A stretch of DNA of 63,711 nucleotides, counting the filler, from Barthelona sp. PAP020 (lineage: Eukaryota), in NCBI GenBank assembly GCA_040182905.1. It is 2 parts of 2 records of this genome, joined end to end, with 100 filler letters (N's around TTAATTAATTAA, not from the genome) between each part and the next. Parts side by side here need not be neighbours in the genome. Positions count along the whole stretch, not along the records: positions 1 to 31,991 come from JARQWU010000105.1; positions 32,092 to 63,711 come from JARQWU010000106.1. The stretch is one strand, 5' to 3'. Below, piece after piece: positions 28,919-39,830 of this stretch (positions are counted from its first letter, which is position 1; each line of letters begins with the position of its first letter). The notes below the pieces were generated by a model. That model did no database searches, was not told the DNA's origin, and was given only the letters and a program-made list of their open reading frames with translations. The position numbers were made by a program, and so were the translations under genes.

Positions 28919-31240
28919 TTAAAAAGTAAATGCTGCATCAATGGGTTTTTTGAGAGAACGAATATTTTGTTGTTTTTGATTAAATTTAAATTCTTTGGGT
29001 ACAGTTAATTCTGGAGTCCAAGAATTTTTTTCAGGGTTGATATTATATAATCTTGAATCTTCCCTTTCCTTTTGTTGTCTTTTTAAATCTTCAGCATCTC
29101 GAATTCTGCTGTAATACCCCTTGATGCTTAATAACATTGATTGGGATGGAACTTGATATTGAACTGTCCTTTGAGAATCCTTTTTACGTTCTTCCACATT
29201 TGATGAAGTTTTCTTTTCCTTTGATTCTTTCCTTGCCTGGTGTTCTTCATGAACAATTCTTTGTTGATCTTGCAATTTCAATGCATATTCTTCATATTTT
29301 TCAGGATCATCCACCAAAGCTTCAATCTTACCAGCTGTATTAATGGTATGTTCAAACAATGAAACACTATTTTTGGAAATACGATTATTAATAGGACGAT
29401 GGTAGCTCTTTATTGAATGTTGTTGTTGTAATTGCTCTTCATCATGTTTTTCTTGTTGCCTTATTTTCCATTCAGAAGTGGCTGTGATTCTGTTGTAGAA
29501 ATCTGGTCCACATAAAGTTTCACCAAATACTTCGTCATTTGATGCTAATTCATCATAATTATAAGAAAAGGTTGCACTATCCAATGATTTAGAACGTAAG
29601 AAATTAGGCTTTTGAACGCTAGGAACAGTAACTTTTCTGTTAAATGTGAATGGCTTTGGTTTGGTCAAAGAAGTGTTCCATTTGTCTCCATATTTAGGGC
29701 TAAACTTTTGAACAAATTCTTCTTTTTTCTTCCTTGCAGCAATTTTTCGATCAATAAATTCAGAAAACCCATGTATTTTCTGTAAATCACCACATTCCTT
29801 ATTTATGTTATCATTATCAAACAAGGTTTTTTTATTTGGAGAAAAAGCAACACCTAAATCCAATTGCTTGGTTTTGGGTGTTAAAGACCCATCAAATCCA
29901 ACTGAATCTTCATCTCTAGATGATTTCAAAGCACGATTACCAACATAATCTTCAATCAATGAGGTTGAAGTGGTCCAAGCGGGCAATTCCGTTTGCTCGT
30001 CGATAAGATACATATTTTTACTTTCTTTTTCATTGATTGGTCGGTCAAATATTGATATCCTTTCACGATTTGATTGAAATGTTGCCGAACTTTCAAATTT
30101 TGGCTGAAAGGTCAATTCTGACTGCAAATCTTGTTCCAATCTGTCTTTGGTCTTTCTAAGATTGTGTTCCTTATCTTTCAAAAACGTTGCTTGACGTTTT
30201 TCAAAGTCAGAAAACACTTTGTTTGTAGTTGAAGGGGAATATCTTTTGGATTTTTTGGGACTTGAAACAACTGAAATTTCATTCTTCTCTTCACGAGATT
30301 GTTCTCTCTTTTCAATTTCATTTCTATAACGAGCACTCATGGTGTCATAAGAACTCATAGATCTAGTAATGTTTGGTGTGAAAGATAAATCATTCTCTTC
30401 AGCAGTACGATAATCAACAGGCTCCTTTTTATCAGCATATAGCCTTTCTAATGATGAGCCCTTTTGTGATGCCAAAAATTGTGATGTCTTTGAAATTTGA
30501 GGTGTACGGTGCTTTCTATCTTCCATTTTTTGGTCTTCAATTCTTTTTTGTCTCCTTTGTAAAGTTTCTTCCTGACGCTTAAGCAAAGAATCCTCTATTG
30601 AACCATCTCTAAACAAATGATAATGTGAAGTACTGTTGATTTTGGGGGAATATGTCAATTCTTGGTCAAAATGTTTTGCTATTTGGCTTCGTGAATTATT
30701 ATTGATCTTAGCTAAATCATCATTCAATCTGTCAAAAATAGAACCTTCTCTTTTCAATGATTGTGCATAAGAAGTGATTTTTGGAATAGCATCCACAACT
30801 TTTGGTTCTGGCTTTGTTTTTAATGCTTCTTCATAAAGACGAGAACCAACATCGAGAGCAACTGACTTTCCATGTTCTTCCATCAATGACAAACTTCTTT
30901 TCTTGGCTAAAAATTCACTCAATTTGTCAGAATGTTTTTCTTTCTCAGTAAACTTGCGAGAATTACGATCATTATCAAATTTTTCATATTTGTTTGCACT
31001 AGTTTGAAGATTAAGGTCTTTCAAATGGTTCCATTCAAACAAACGTTCAGGAACTGCACTTGCATCAGTCAATTCATACTCGCTCTCATATAAATTTGGT
31101 TTGAACGTATATTCTTTCTTAAATTCTTCATCTTCTTTCAATTTTTGATCTTGTCTTTCCTTTTCAAACTTGTCAAGTCGTTGTTGATAACTGTTTGACA
31201 ATTTGTCAATTCTTTCTGATGTATGACCAAATTGGTTCAT
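28919..31240 (-). CDS. Uncharacterised charged protein with repeated (E)LTFxP and W...LT.PK.F.FN motifs, probably cytoskeletal
   Basis: 773-aa ORF; EYTFKPN, ELTYSPKI, DLSFTPNI, ELTFQPK; WNTSLTKPKPFTFN and WTPELTVPKEFKFN. Confidence 0.65.
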   Translation of the reverse strand: MNQFGHTSERIDKLSNSYQQRLDKFEKERQDQKLKEDEEFKKEYTFKPNLYESEYELTDASAVPERLFEWNHLKDLNLQTSANKYEKFDNDRNSRKFTEKEKHSDKLSEFLAKKRSLSLMEEHGKSVALDVGSRLYEEALKTKPEPKVVDAIPKITSYAQSLKREGSIFDRLNDDLAKINNNSRSQIAKHFDQELTYSPKINSTSHYHLFRDGSIEDSLLKRQEETLQRRQKRIEDQKMEDRKHRTPQISKTSQFLASQKGSSLERLYADKKEPVDYRTAEENDLSFTPNITRSMSSYDTMSARYRNEIEKREQSREEKNEISVVSSPKKSKRYSPSTTNKVFSDFEKRQATFLKDKEHNLRKTKDRLEQDLQSELTFQPKFESSATFQSNRERISIFDRPINEKESKNMYLIDEQTELPAWTTSTSLIEDYVGNRALKSSRDEDSVGFDGSLTPKTKQLDLGVAFSPNKKTLFDNDNINKECGDLQKIHGFSEFIDRKIAARKKKEEFVQKFSPKYGDKWNTSLTKPKPFTFNRKVTVPSVQKPNFLRSKSLDSATFSYNYDELASNDEVFGETLCGPDFYNRITATSEWKIRQQEKHDEEQLQQQHSIKSYHRPINNRISKNSVSLFEHTINTAGKIEALVDDPEKYEEYALKLQDQQRIVHEEHQARKESKEKKTSSNVEERKKDSQRTVQYQVPSQSMLLSIKGYYSRIRDAEDLKRQQKEREDSRLYNINPEKNSWTPELTVPKEFKFNQKQQNIRSLKKPIDAAFTF

Positions 31241-31991
31241 TTTGAAAAAAAAAAGTGAAAAAAAATTATTTTCTTTTGTGGTTTACAAAATATTCATTTC
31301 TGAACATCAAATTGATAAAAGAAGTGCAATCTTAAATATTCTTTACAACTTCTTGGTCCTCTCCAAATTGATTTCCAATTTATCTCTTTGTGAATTCTTT
31401 GATTCGGACTAAGCCTTTATAATTTTTATCGAAACAAACCAATAAATTCTTCAAGAAGAAAGTGAAAAGTTTCACCCCCAATATTCAGATACATACGACT
31501 TGTTTAGAGAATGGTTTTGGTTGTTTTTTAACGTTTTATGGTAATAATATTTCAAAATACTAAAAATTTGGTCATATTGAGTGATAACAAAAGACCCATA
31601 CAAAAATTGAATAAGGATTTCATTTTTTTCTCATTGCAAATTAAGAAATGGTTCTTTAATATTTTTTCATTGAATAAATGTGGATATAAACGAAAATAAT
31701 TGAAAAAGACAAAATTTTCCTTATGAATCTGCACAATTCTAACAGTTTCAGTAAATATATCAAAGGTTTTATTAATATTATTTCAATATTTCTTTGTAGT
31801 AAAATTATTACATAAAAATGGAAAATCCGGAAAAGAGTCAGAATTTCCATATTTCATTATTCAATTGTCTGAAGAAAAACATATTTTTTGATCGATTTGG
31901 GAACTTTTTAACTATATTTATTTTATTTTATTTATTAATAAGCGATTATGAGTTTAATTAAACGATCATCAAACAAGATTTATTTGTTTTT

Positions 31992-32091
31992 NNNNNNNNN
32001 NNNNNNNNNNNNNNNNNNNNNNNNNNNNNNNNNNNTTAATTAATTAANNNNNNNNNNNNNNNNNNNNNNNNNNNNNNNNNNNNNNNNNNNN
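31992..32091. other. Artificial 100-nt contig spacer (N44 + TTAATTAATTAA six-frame stop + N44)
   Basis: Exact symmetric layout; the 12-mer places stop codons in all six frames. Confidence 0.95.
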
Positions 32092-32210
32092 CTCCGAAAT
32101 TCTCCTACTTGATCGTTCAAATTACATTTCAGTCCCTCAATTCCCCTCCTGGGATTTTGACTGAAATTTGCTAGAATGAGTTTTCTGAGTTTACTTTCTT
32201 TGTGAATAAT
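32092..32210 (-). repeat. ~320-bp repeat, copy 5 (partial, at the start of contig 2)
   Basis: Near-identical reverse complement of ~1662-1780. Confidence 0.9.
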
Positions 32211-32685
32211 TAAGACTAGTACTGGTTATAATAACTTAATTGTTATCCTATGCATTTTCAAACATTTAGAATGGTTACCAAAGCTAATTTACTTTCTTTT
32301 TGAAGAAGTTTGTCCCAGAAGCGAAATTACTTTTTAAATTTAAAGAACACGTGAATTGAGCAAAATTATTCCACAAAATTAGAGCCAATGGAGAACTATT
32401 TGGATAAAAGCAAAAATCGAAAACAAATCAAAATTCTCCAATTTACCTTTGTCTAAATAAAATACTTTCGATATCAATACTCCAACTTCTGATTTTTTAG
32501 CTCTTTTCAAAAGTAAAAGTGTAAAAACACAACAATTCTTTTACAAGGTCTGATAACATAATTTTGTATCAAATATCTTTCATTCTATTTACTAAATAAG
32601 TGTTTGAAAAGGAATCAAATGTTGTTTTCATTTCTTTCGCACTTTACTAACTTATCTGTTATGAAGCTGAATAATTAAATTTCTT

Positions 32686-33897
32686 ATGAACATATCACTG
32701 CTTCAAATAGGGGAAGAATTAATTACAAGCAGTAATGCGGAAGCAAATCAAGAAATAATTACCAGTGAATTTCGCTCATTAAATATTATTCTTTCTTCAT
32801 CAGTATCAATAAAAAATGAAGAAAATTTGCTGCTTAAATATTTGGAAATGATGTTGCAAGACAATACAATCGTTCTCTTTGTTTTGAATATTCATTACAT
32901 TGGTATTCCTCAATTCATATTGGATAAATTTTGGCATGATCCTTCATGTATTTTAGAAGGAAAGGATGTGTTGAATTCCACCCGCGTGGTTAGAAATGGA
33001 GGATGGGTATGTTTTCATCATAAAGATATGATTAGAAACATTGTATTCTTGCCAGCTCTTCCATCTTTGTTAAAAGAATGCTTTCGATCACTAGTTCTAC
33101 CAAAATTAAAAGATTGCATCCCTTTAAACCTTTATTCAAATCGTTTGTTTATCTTGGGAATTACTGAATGTGAGGTTGATATTCAACTTACTGAATTTTT
33201 GGATGAACAAAATGAAAAAGTGACAAAACAATTAAATGGAGGATTTGATGGAACTGATATAGTTTTAAGTGGGCACAAAGAAACTGTTTTGGATTGTCTT
33301 TGCTTTTTAAAGACTCAATTTAATCAAAGAGTACTACCTCCAGGAATTTTTGACCCAGCAGAGTATATCATTAAAATTTTGCATTCTTATCAAGCCCATT
33401 TGGGTGTTGTCGAAAGCTGTACTGGTGGAATGTTAATGTCTAGGCTGATCAGTATCCCTGGAAGTGGTAGTGTCGTTGATGGCTGCGTTGTAGCATATTC
33501 AAACAAGTGGAAGAGGGAACTGCTTGATGTAAAAGCATCAACTTTAACAGTTTTTGGTCCTATTAGCCAACAGACTATTCATGAATTATTGGCCGGTATG
33601 ATCACACAATATGGAGTTCAAGTTGCAGTAGCTACCAGTGGAGTTGCTGGCCCTGGCCCATTTGATGGAATAGACCAAGGAACTGTTTTCATTGGAGTTC
33701 GCTTTGGACATGCTGAAAGAATAGAAGAATGTCATTTTAAGGGTGGAAGAGACTACATCCGTAATCAAGCTGTTTCTACTGCTTTATGCATGTTGATGGA
33801 TTTATTATTGGGGGATGCACCTCCTTTACTTACAGAAGAAAAAGAACAAGCAGTGAGTGGCTTTGTTTTGAAAGGAACAGTTGCCGAAAGAATATAG
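32686..33897 (+). CDS. cinA: CinA-type protein: degenerate N-terminal MocF-like domain + PncC NMN deamidase domain
   Basis: N-terminal IGEEL; C-terminal VESCTGGML, IPGSG, VAYSNKWK, ATSGVAGPG, GTVFIG, GGRDYIR. Confidence 0.88.
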   Translation: MNISLLQIGEELITSSNAEANQEIITSEFRSLNIILSSSVSIKNEENLLLKYLEMMLQDNTIVLFVLNIHYIGIPQFILDKFWHDPSCILEGKDVLNSTRVVRNGGWVCFHHKDMIRNIVFLPALPSLLKECFRSLVLPKLKDCIPLNLYSNRLFILGITECEVDIQLTEFLDEQNEKVTKQLNGGFDGTDIVLSGHKETVLDCLCFLKTQFNQRVLPPGIFDPAEYIIKILHSYQAHLGVVESCTGGMLMSRLISIPGSGSVVDGCVVAYSNKWKRELLDVKASTLTVFGPISQQTIHELLAGMITQYGVQVAVATSGVAGPGPFDGIDQGTVFIGVRFGHAERIEECHFKGGRDYIRNQAVSTALCMLMDLLLGDAPPLLTEEKEQAVSGFVLKGTVAERI

Positions 33898-34031
33898 GAA
33901 TATTTATCAATTTATCGAAAGAAAACGGCTTTGAGTTGCTAAACTATGAATGGCTGTAAATTGTGTCCAAAGCAAAAACTTGAAAATAAATTCATAAACT
34001 GATTTTTCTCTTTCTTTTCTGAAATTATTCC

Positions 34032-36110
34032 ATGGACTTAACCCCTTATTATGTTAAAACTCTCGACGGTATTGTTCCTGTTCGTCCTTTAGAACTATAT
34101 GACTCATTTCAACAATTGTCTATTGAAGAACAAAAATATGCTTTTTATTTTTATAAAGCATGTGTGAGTGGATTTCCAATTGTTTTAGAACAAAATTCGG
34201 ATGATTCAAAATTGATTTTTGATTTTTTACATAGACTTTTCAATGATTATGATTATTCTGATTTGAAGAAGCAAAACGAGTTTATTACAACTGAACTGAT
34301 CAATTTTTTCTCATTATTTTATGTTAACTCGGGAAAATATCGAGGTTTTGGAGGAAAAAGAATTTTGCCAGCCGAAAATTTTAAAAAACAAAATTTTTTA
34401 CAGTTTATTAGTGATTTACCACCGACCTCACCTATATATGTATGGTTACAAGCAATGAAAGGCGATGTTGCCGATGCTATTTTTGATTTTTGTGATGAAG
34501 ACTTAAATATGGGATTAGTTTCTGAAAATGGGCAGAACACATACTATTCACCTGATTTTTCTCGTGAAGATTTAAAGCGTATCAATGAAGTGTTGATTGG
34601 TTATGGTGTATGCCTTGAAAATACCAAGATTGAAGGTTCAATGAATGATATATTTGTAACTTTTGCATCTATTTGGCGATTAGGTGATGATATAGATGAG
34701 TCAATTTTGAGTTTGTTAAATGATGAGGATCATCTCTTATTAGAACAATGCAGCGCAAATGTTATGAATGTTATGACTCATAATAGCTTAAAAATAACTC
34801 CAAAGTTTGGATTATACAGCGATTATTTAAAAAATGTGAATTATTGGTTGTTGAGGATATATAATGAATTAGATTTGCCTCTCCATCGCAAATTAATGAT
34901 CAAATATCAAATTTTGACCTTTTATTTCGGGTTTACAGAATTTTTCAAAATTTCCAATGAACATTGGGTATTAGATGATAAAACCAACGTTGAAACCACT
35001 TTAGGCTTTATTGAATGCTATAATGATCCCTTACAAGTACGGGGTGAATGGGAATCATTTGTTGCTATACGTGATAAAGTGTCTGATGCTCAAGTGGCGA
35101 ATTTTTGTGAAAACGCTAGCTCTTTTCTTCATTTGATGAACTATCCCAAGGAATTTGAAGGAGAATTTAGAATTGCATCCTTTACAAATTTGAACGTTAT
35201 AATATTTTTTAGTACAATGATTCCGATTGGAATAAATCTTCCCAATTTTGCAGATGTACGACATAAAGTGGGACATAAAAATGTACAGTTAGGAAATGTT
35301 ATTGCAACAAGAAGTGGGGCTAAACCTTTGTTTGTCACTCAGGAATTTTTTGATCAAATAGATAAAAACATGATTTTAGGGCTTAAAGCAAAAGTTTTAT
35401 TGCATGAATTGATGGGTCATGGTTGTGGAGCAATTTTTACTGAAGATAAAAAAATTTTAAATCCTTTTACTAATGAAGAATGTGGGTTTTATAAAGCAGG
35501 AGAGACATATTATACTGTGTTTGGCTCAATTTCATCCTCATTAGAAGAATGCAGAGCAGATTCCGCCGCTCTTTATTTACTTACATTTGATGAAGTTATT
35601 GAATCCTTAAACATCAATGAAGACATTTGTTACGCAGCATTCATGGGTCTTATGATCAATGCTTTGAAAAACATGATAAATTATGATCCTCAAGAACAAA
35701 AATGGACCCAAGCTCATTCACTTGCTCGATTTATGATTCTTCAAAGTTTATTGAAAGCTGGTGTTGCTTCTTTAGAAAGAGATGATTCTATTATTGGTGG
35801 TTTCAATCTTTCTTTAGATAGAACTAAAATTAAAACAGTCATCAGAAGTACCATTGGGGAATTGCATGGAAAATTAACAGTTAACAGAGCGTCTGCAAAC
35901 TTTGAAGGGGGAGTAGAAATTATTAATGAATTGGCTAATGTTGACGATTTTATGTTGGAAGTACGTGAGAGTGCTATTGAAAATACTGCTCCTGTTTGTA
36001 CCTATATTCAATCTTCTTTTGATTCAAATCATAATATATCTTTGCATGATGCTTCTCAAGAAGGTTTTATCAGATCTATCAATGATATTTTTTGTGTCAA
36101 TAATTTGTAA
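34032..36110 (+). CDS. DPP3: Dipeptidyl peptidase III (M49 family)
   Basis: GFIECY.DP...RGEWESFVA, IPIGINLPN, HELMGHG, EECRAD, QAH. Confidence 0.93.
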   Translation: MDLTPYYVKTLDGIVPVRPLELYDSFQQLSIEEQKYAFYFYKACVSGFPIVLEQNSDDSKLIFDFLHRLFNDYDYSDLKKQNEFITTELINFFSLFYVNSGKYRGFGGKRILPAENFKKQNFLQFISDLPPTSPIYVWLQAMKGDVADAIFDFCDEDLNMGLVSENGQNTYYSPDFSREDLKRINEVLIGYGVCLENTKIEGSMNDIFVTFASIWRLGDDIDESILSLLNDEDHLLLEQCSANVMNVMTHNSLKITPKFGLYSDYLKNVNYWLLRIYNELDLPLHRKLMIKYQILTFYFGFTEFFKISNEHWVLDDKTNVETTLGFIECYNDPLQVRGEWESFVAIRDKVSDAQVANFCENASSFLHLMNYPKEFEGEFRIASFTNLNVIIFFSTMIPIGINLPNFADVRHKVGHKNVQLGNVIATRSGAKPLFVTQEFFDQIDKNMILGLKAKVLLHELMGHGCGAIFTEDKKILNPFTNEECGFYKAGETYYTVFGSISSSLEECRADSAALYLLTFDEVIESLNINEDICYAAFMGLMINALKNMINYDPQEQKWTQAHSLARFMILQSLLKAGVASLERDDSIIGGFNLSLDRTKIKTVIRSTIGELHGKLTVNRASANFEGGVEIINELANVDDFMLEVRESAIENTAPVCTYIQSSFDSNHNISLHDASQEGFIRSINDIFCVNNL

Positions 36111-36272
36111 ATCGTGATTTTTTTTTTTTTTGATTTCTCCATTAAAAATTGTGCGTAAAGGTTTGTTATGAATCAATAGGAGTGAATTTTTTGCTATTTA
36201 AAAGTATACGATCTCAGAAATTTGTGAAAATTCGAAGATTTGAGATAATTTTTCTTTTTTATTTTGAAAAAA

Positions 36273-39200
36273 ATGAGTGAATTGTCAAAATCATTAAATA
36301 TATATGGTTATGAAGACATCTTTACACACGGTTTTTTAAAACCAAAAGAAATTTCTGAGTTATTAATGTATTTTCTTGAAATACATTCTATTCCTGTAGA
36401 CTTGAAACTTATTGATTCTATTTTGGATTTATGTTTGAATAATGAGCTTTTTGAAGTGATTAAAGAATATTATAAAAGAGGATTAGTTACTGAGTGTAAA
36501 ACTTGTGATTATTTATTTAATCAAAACTTTAAAGCATTTTCTATGTTTATATCACAAGAAAATGACTTCTTATGCAAAGAAAGAGTTAGTTTACATGTAA
36601 TTAAAGATAAAACATTAACTTCACATACAAATATTGTTTGGTGCATTGACATTAGTGCCAATCAAAAATTTATAGCCACAGCAAGTGAAGATAAAACGGT
36701 TATTATTTGGAATTATGATACTTTTGAAATGGTGCATATTTTACATGATCATAACACTGCTGTAATGGACTTAACCTTTTCCAGTGATGATCGATATTTG
36801 GCTACGTGTTCTAACGTTATCATTATTTATGATTTACATGATTTTGACATTGTTAGTGAGTTTACAGAGCATGAAAAATCGATTAAAAGTCTCAGTTTTT
36901 CAAAAGATTCTAAATACTTAGTTTCAGGAGATGCTGCTGGTGTGATAAAGACCTGGGATTTATCCCAAACCAAAAGTCTTAAAACTTTTACTTTGCAAGA
37001 AGGATTTTGTTGGAGAGTTTTATTTTCTCCTAACGATGATTTGATAGGTGTTTTACCAAATACTGAGAATGCATATTTGATATCAAGAGGAAGTTTTGAA
37101 GTTTCTCAAAAGTTCGAAGGACACACACAATCAATTACCTCAATCTGTTTTAACTCCAATGGATCTATTGTTGCTACTGGCTCTATTGATGAAACTGTTA
37201 AGTTATGGCATCTTATGAGTGGGGAATGTATTCAGACATTTGACAACCATGGCAGTACTATTACTGGTCTTAAATTTTTCAATGAGGACCAGAAATTGCT
37301 TGTTTCAACAATGTATGGCAAAGTGTACATCTGGGACGTTCAAACCCAATCCATTATTCGAGAAATTCAAACAGAACTGGGTAATATCATGTGTATTGCG
37401 ATGAGCGAAGATGAATCAACAATTGTATTTGGGGGTAATCAACCTTCAAATGTCTGTTGCATGAAGTACTTATCAGATTATCAAATGTTTAAAACAATAT
37501 TGGATGAGAACATCAGTAATGTAGGACAATATTTGATTGACAGTCGAGAAACAGGAATTATTGAAAAATTGATTTGTGAAGAGTTGAATTTGTTTACAGT
37601 CGAAGATTCCGTTATTCAATGGTTGATTAATCATGGTATCAGTTTGAATGACAGAGAATTTAATATGATTAAGGGTAATTATGACCTTAATATGTTTATT
37701 GATGATAATGAACTGGATCTAATATCAAGATTAAGAAATAGTATTAATAAAGGATTGTTAGATGAAATAAAAACTCAAACTACAGATACTGAGAAGGATC
37801 AGGATATGATTGATGACAACAAAAGTAAAGTTCATGATTCTATTGTCACATGGAGCTTGGAAAAGAATTTATCCATCAATGAAGATGCTTCTGCTCAAGA
37901 AATCTTTACAAAATTGAAAGAATCGTTGAATCTTGAAATTGAGAATCTTTCTAGCATTGAAACTAATTTAAAGTTGAATATACAAGAACTAACAACATCA
38001 AATGAATATTTATCTGATAAATTGAAGGAAAAAGATGATATTATTCATAAATATGAGAAACAAGTTCATCAATTAACTTCATTGAATGAAAAATTGGTGA
38101 ATGCCACACCGACTGAAGAAATTTTAGAAGAAAATGACATATTGAAGGAAAAAATAGCTGAATTGGAAGAAACCAATAGTGATTTGACAAAATCTGTTTC
38201 TCTCTTAGAATTGCAATTGGAAGAACAAAATAAAGAAGTTGAAATTGACAGAACTTTGTCAAATCAGCAGGAGAATATGTCAAATATGGAAGAATTGCAA
38301 TTGAAAATTGATTCTTTAACAACCAACAGCTGTATTTTTGAACAACGTATTCTTGAATTGGAAAAGGAGATTGAAGGTTATAAAAAACAATTGCAACAAG
38401 CCAATATACAATTAACTGATGAGACGATAAATTCTGATGATTTATCTAAAGTTCTAGAGGAAACTGTTGAAAGTCTTGAGAAAGAAAGAAAACTCACCCA
38501 AAAATTAAAAGAACACATTGAAACCTTGAGTCAGCCTGTTGAAGAATTGAATGCTCAACAATCCATTGATTCTCCAAAAGAAAACATTAAAGTTGTTGAA
38601 ACTCAAAGTGAGCAACATTCTGATGAAGCAGAATCCGAGATTATCACCGAATCCATTCCACGTGTGGATGTTGAAGATGATATGGTGGAAATATGTGATG
38701 ATTTTGACAGTACAACAGATTTGCATTTGAAACAAATTGATCAACAAATTCATGAAATAGAACAATTGAAACTTGAAATTGAAAGACTCAAAGCATTAAT
38801 TCCTCTTGCTACTGAAGTTAAACAAGAAGATATTGATGATGAGAAAGAAAATGTTGAAGAAGAAGCCAATGATGTTGTTGTTCTATTAAGGGAACAAGAA
38901 AAGCTTCTAAACGATGAAATTCTCAAATTGAAGGAGAAAATTGAGGAATATGATCAATTGATTATTTCTTTCAGAAAAGAATTGGTAGATCATGAGTCAA
39001 GATTGAATTTGGTTTCATCACAGAAGAATAATCTTTCAATTGAGTTGGATAAAGTAAAAGTTGATTTAGAAAGTCAAATTGGAGAAAATTCTAGTTTGAA
39101 AACTTTGTTTGATGAGAAAGAACTTGAAATTATCAAATTAAACAATTTGTTTGAAGAAACAAAGGAATTTGTTGGGGTTTTAACCCAACAGCTTGAGCAA

Positions 39201-39557
39201 ATTTATGCTGAATTGCGTGGAACTGATGAAATTATTCAGGAAAATATCGTTGAGATCATCATTGATGATATTAGAACAAAAACAAAAGAGTCTGTTGATT
39301 TGAAAAATAATTATGAGCAGATTGCAAAGGAAATGCTCAAACTTAGGCATGATTTGGATTCTGTATTACAAGCAATTATCGTTATCCAAACTTTTGAAAA
39401 TTGGGACAAAACTGTTGATGAATCTATACTTGTTCAATTTGTTGAAGAGACTAATAACCAATTAAGCCAAGTTGAATCTTTGAAAAAGGAAATTCAATGT
39501 TTGCAAGATGCCCTTGAAGGTGCTGAAAATTCCAAGAAAGGTTGTTTGTGTTTTTAG
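36273..39557 (+). CDS. WD40-repeat protein with a long acidic coiled coil and C-terminal CLCF (possible prenylation motif)
   Basis: About seven WD repeats, ~550-aa coiled coil, ends KKGCLCF; ATG at 36273. Confidence 0.85.
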   Translation: MSELSKSLNIYGYEDIFTHGFLKPKEISELLMYFLEIHSIPVDLKLIDSILDLCLNNELFEVIKEYYKRGLVTECKTCDYLFNQNFKAFSMFISQENDFLCKERVSLHVIKDKTLTSHTNIVWCIDISANQKFIATASEDKTVIIWNYDTFEMVHILHDHNTAVMDLTFSSDDRYLATCSNVIIIYDLHDFDIVSEFTEHEKSIKSLSFSKDSKYLVSGDAAGVIKTWDLSQTKSLKTFTLQEGFCWRVLFSPNDDLIGVLPNTENAYLISRGSFEVSQKFEGHTQSITSICFNSNGSIVATGSIDETVKLWHLMSGECIQTFDNHGSTITGLKFFNEDQKLLVSTMYGKVYIWDVQTQSIIREIQTELGNIMCIAMSEDESTIVFGGNQPSNVCCMKYLSDYQMFKTILDENISNVGQYLIDSRETGIIEKLICEELNLFTVEDSVIQWLINHGISLNDREFNMIKGNYDLNMFIDDNELDLISRLRNSINKGLLDEIKTQTTDTEKDQDMIDDNKSKVHDSIVTWSLEKNLSINEDASAQEIFTKLKESLNLEIENLSSIETNLKLNIQELTTSNEYLSDKLKEKDDIIHKYEKQVHQLTSLNEKLVNATPTEEILEENDILKEKIAELEETNSDLTKSVSLLELQLEEQNKEVEIDRTLSNQQENMSNMEELQLKIDSLTTNSCIFEQRILELEKEIEGYKKQLQQANIQLTDETINSDDLSKVLEETVESLEKERKLTQKLKEHIETLSQPVEELNAQQSIDSPKENIKVVETQSEQHSDEAESEIITESIPRVDVEDDMVEICDDFDSTTDLHLKQIDQQIHEIEQLKLEIERLKALIPLATEVKQEDIDDEKENVEEEANDVVVLLREQEKLLNDEILKLKEKIEEYDQLIISFRKELVDHESRLNLVSSQKNNLSIELDKVKVDLESQIGENSSLKTLFDEKELEIIKLNNLFEETKEFVGVLTQQLEQIYAELRGTDEIIQENIVEIIIDDIRTKTKESVDLKNNYEQIAKEMLKLRHDLDSVLQAIIVIQTFENWDKTVDESILVQFVEETNNQLSQVESLKKEIQCLQDALEGAENSKKGCLCF

Positions 39558-39830
39558 AAATTTTTTTCTATTTTTTTGTGTAAATATTTTTATTCCTTTT
39601 ATGATATTTATTATTTATTATTCACTTTGCACGATATTTTTGGATGAAATGAAATTGAAGAATGGAAGACCCTAAATTGCACAAAAAATGGATTTTTTAG
39701 ATATTTAATACATTAGTTATGTGATATAAAGTGTATAATTTACATTATTCTTCTTTTCAACCTCAAATGGAAGATATTTTTTTTTGGAAATGGTTCACTG
39801 ATCAATCTTCCTTGTTTTTTTCAATACAAA

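Noticed and set aside
32036..32047. Palindromic TTAATTAATTAA inside the N run
   Set aside because: Synthetic six-frame-stop linker, not biological
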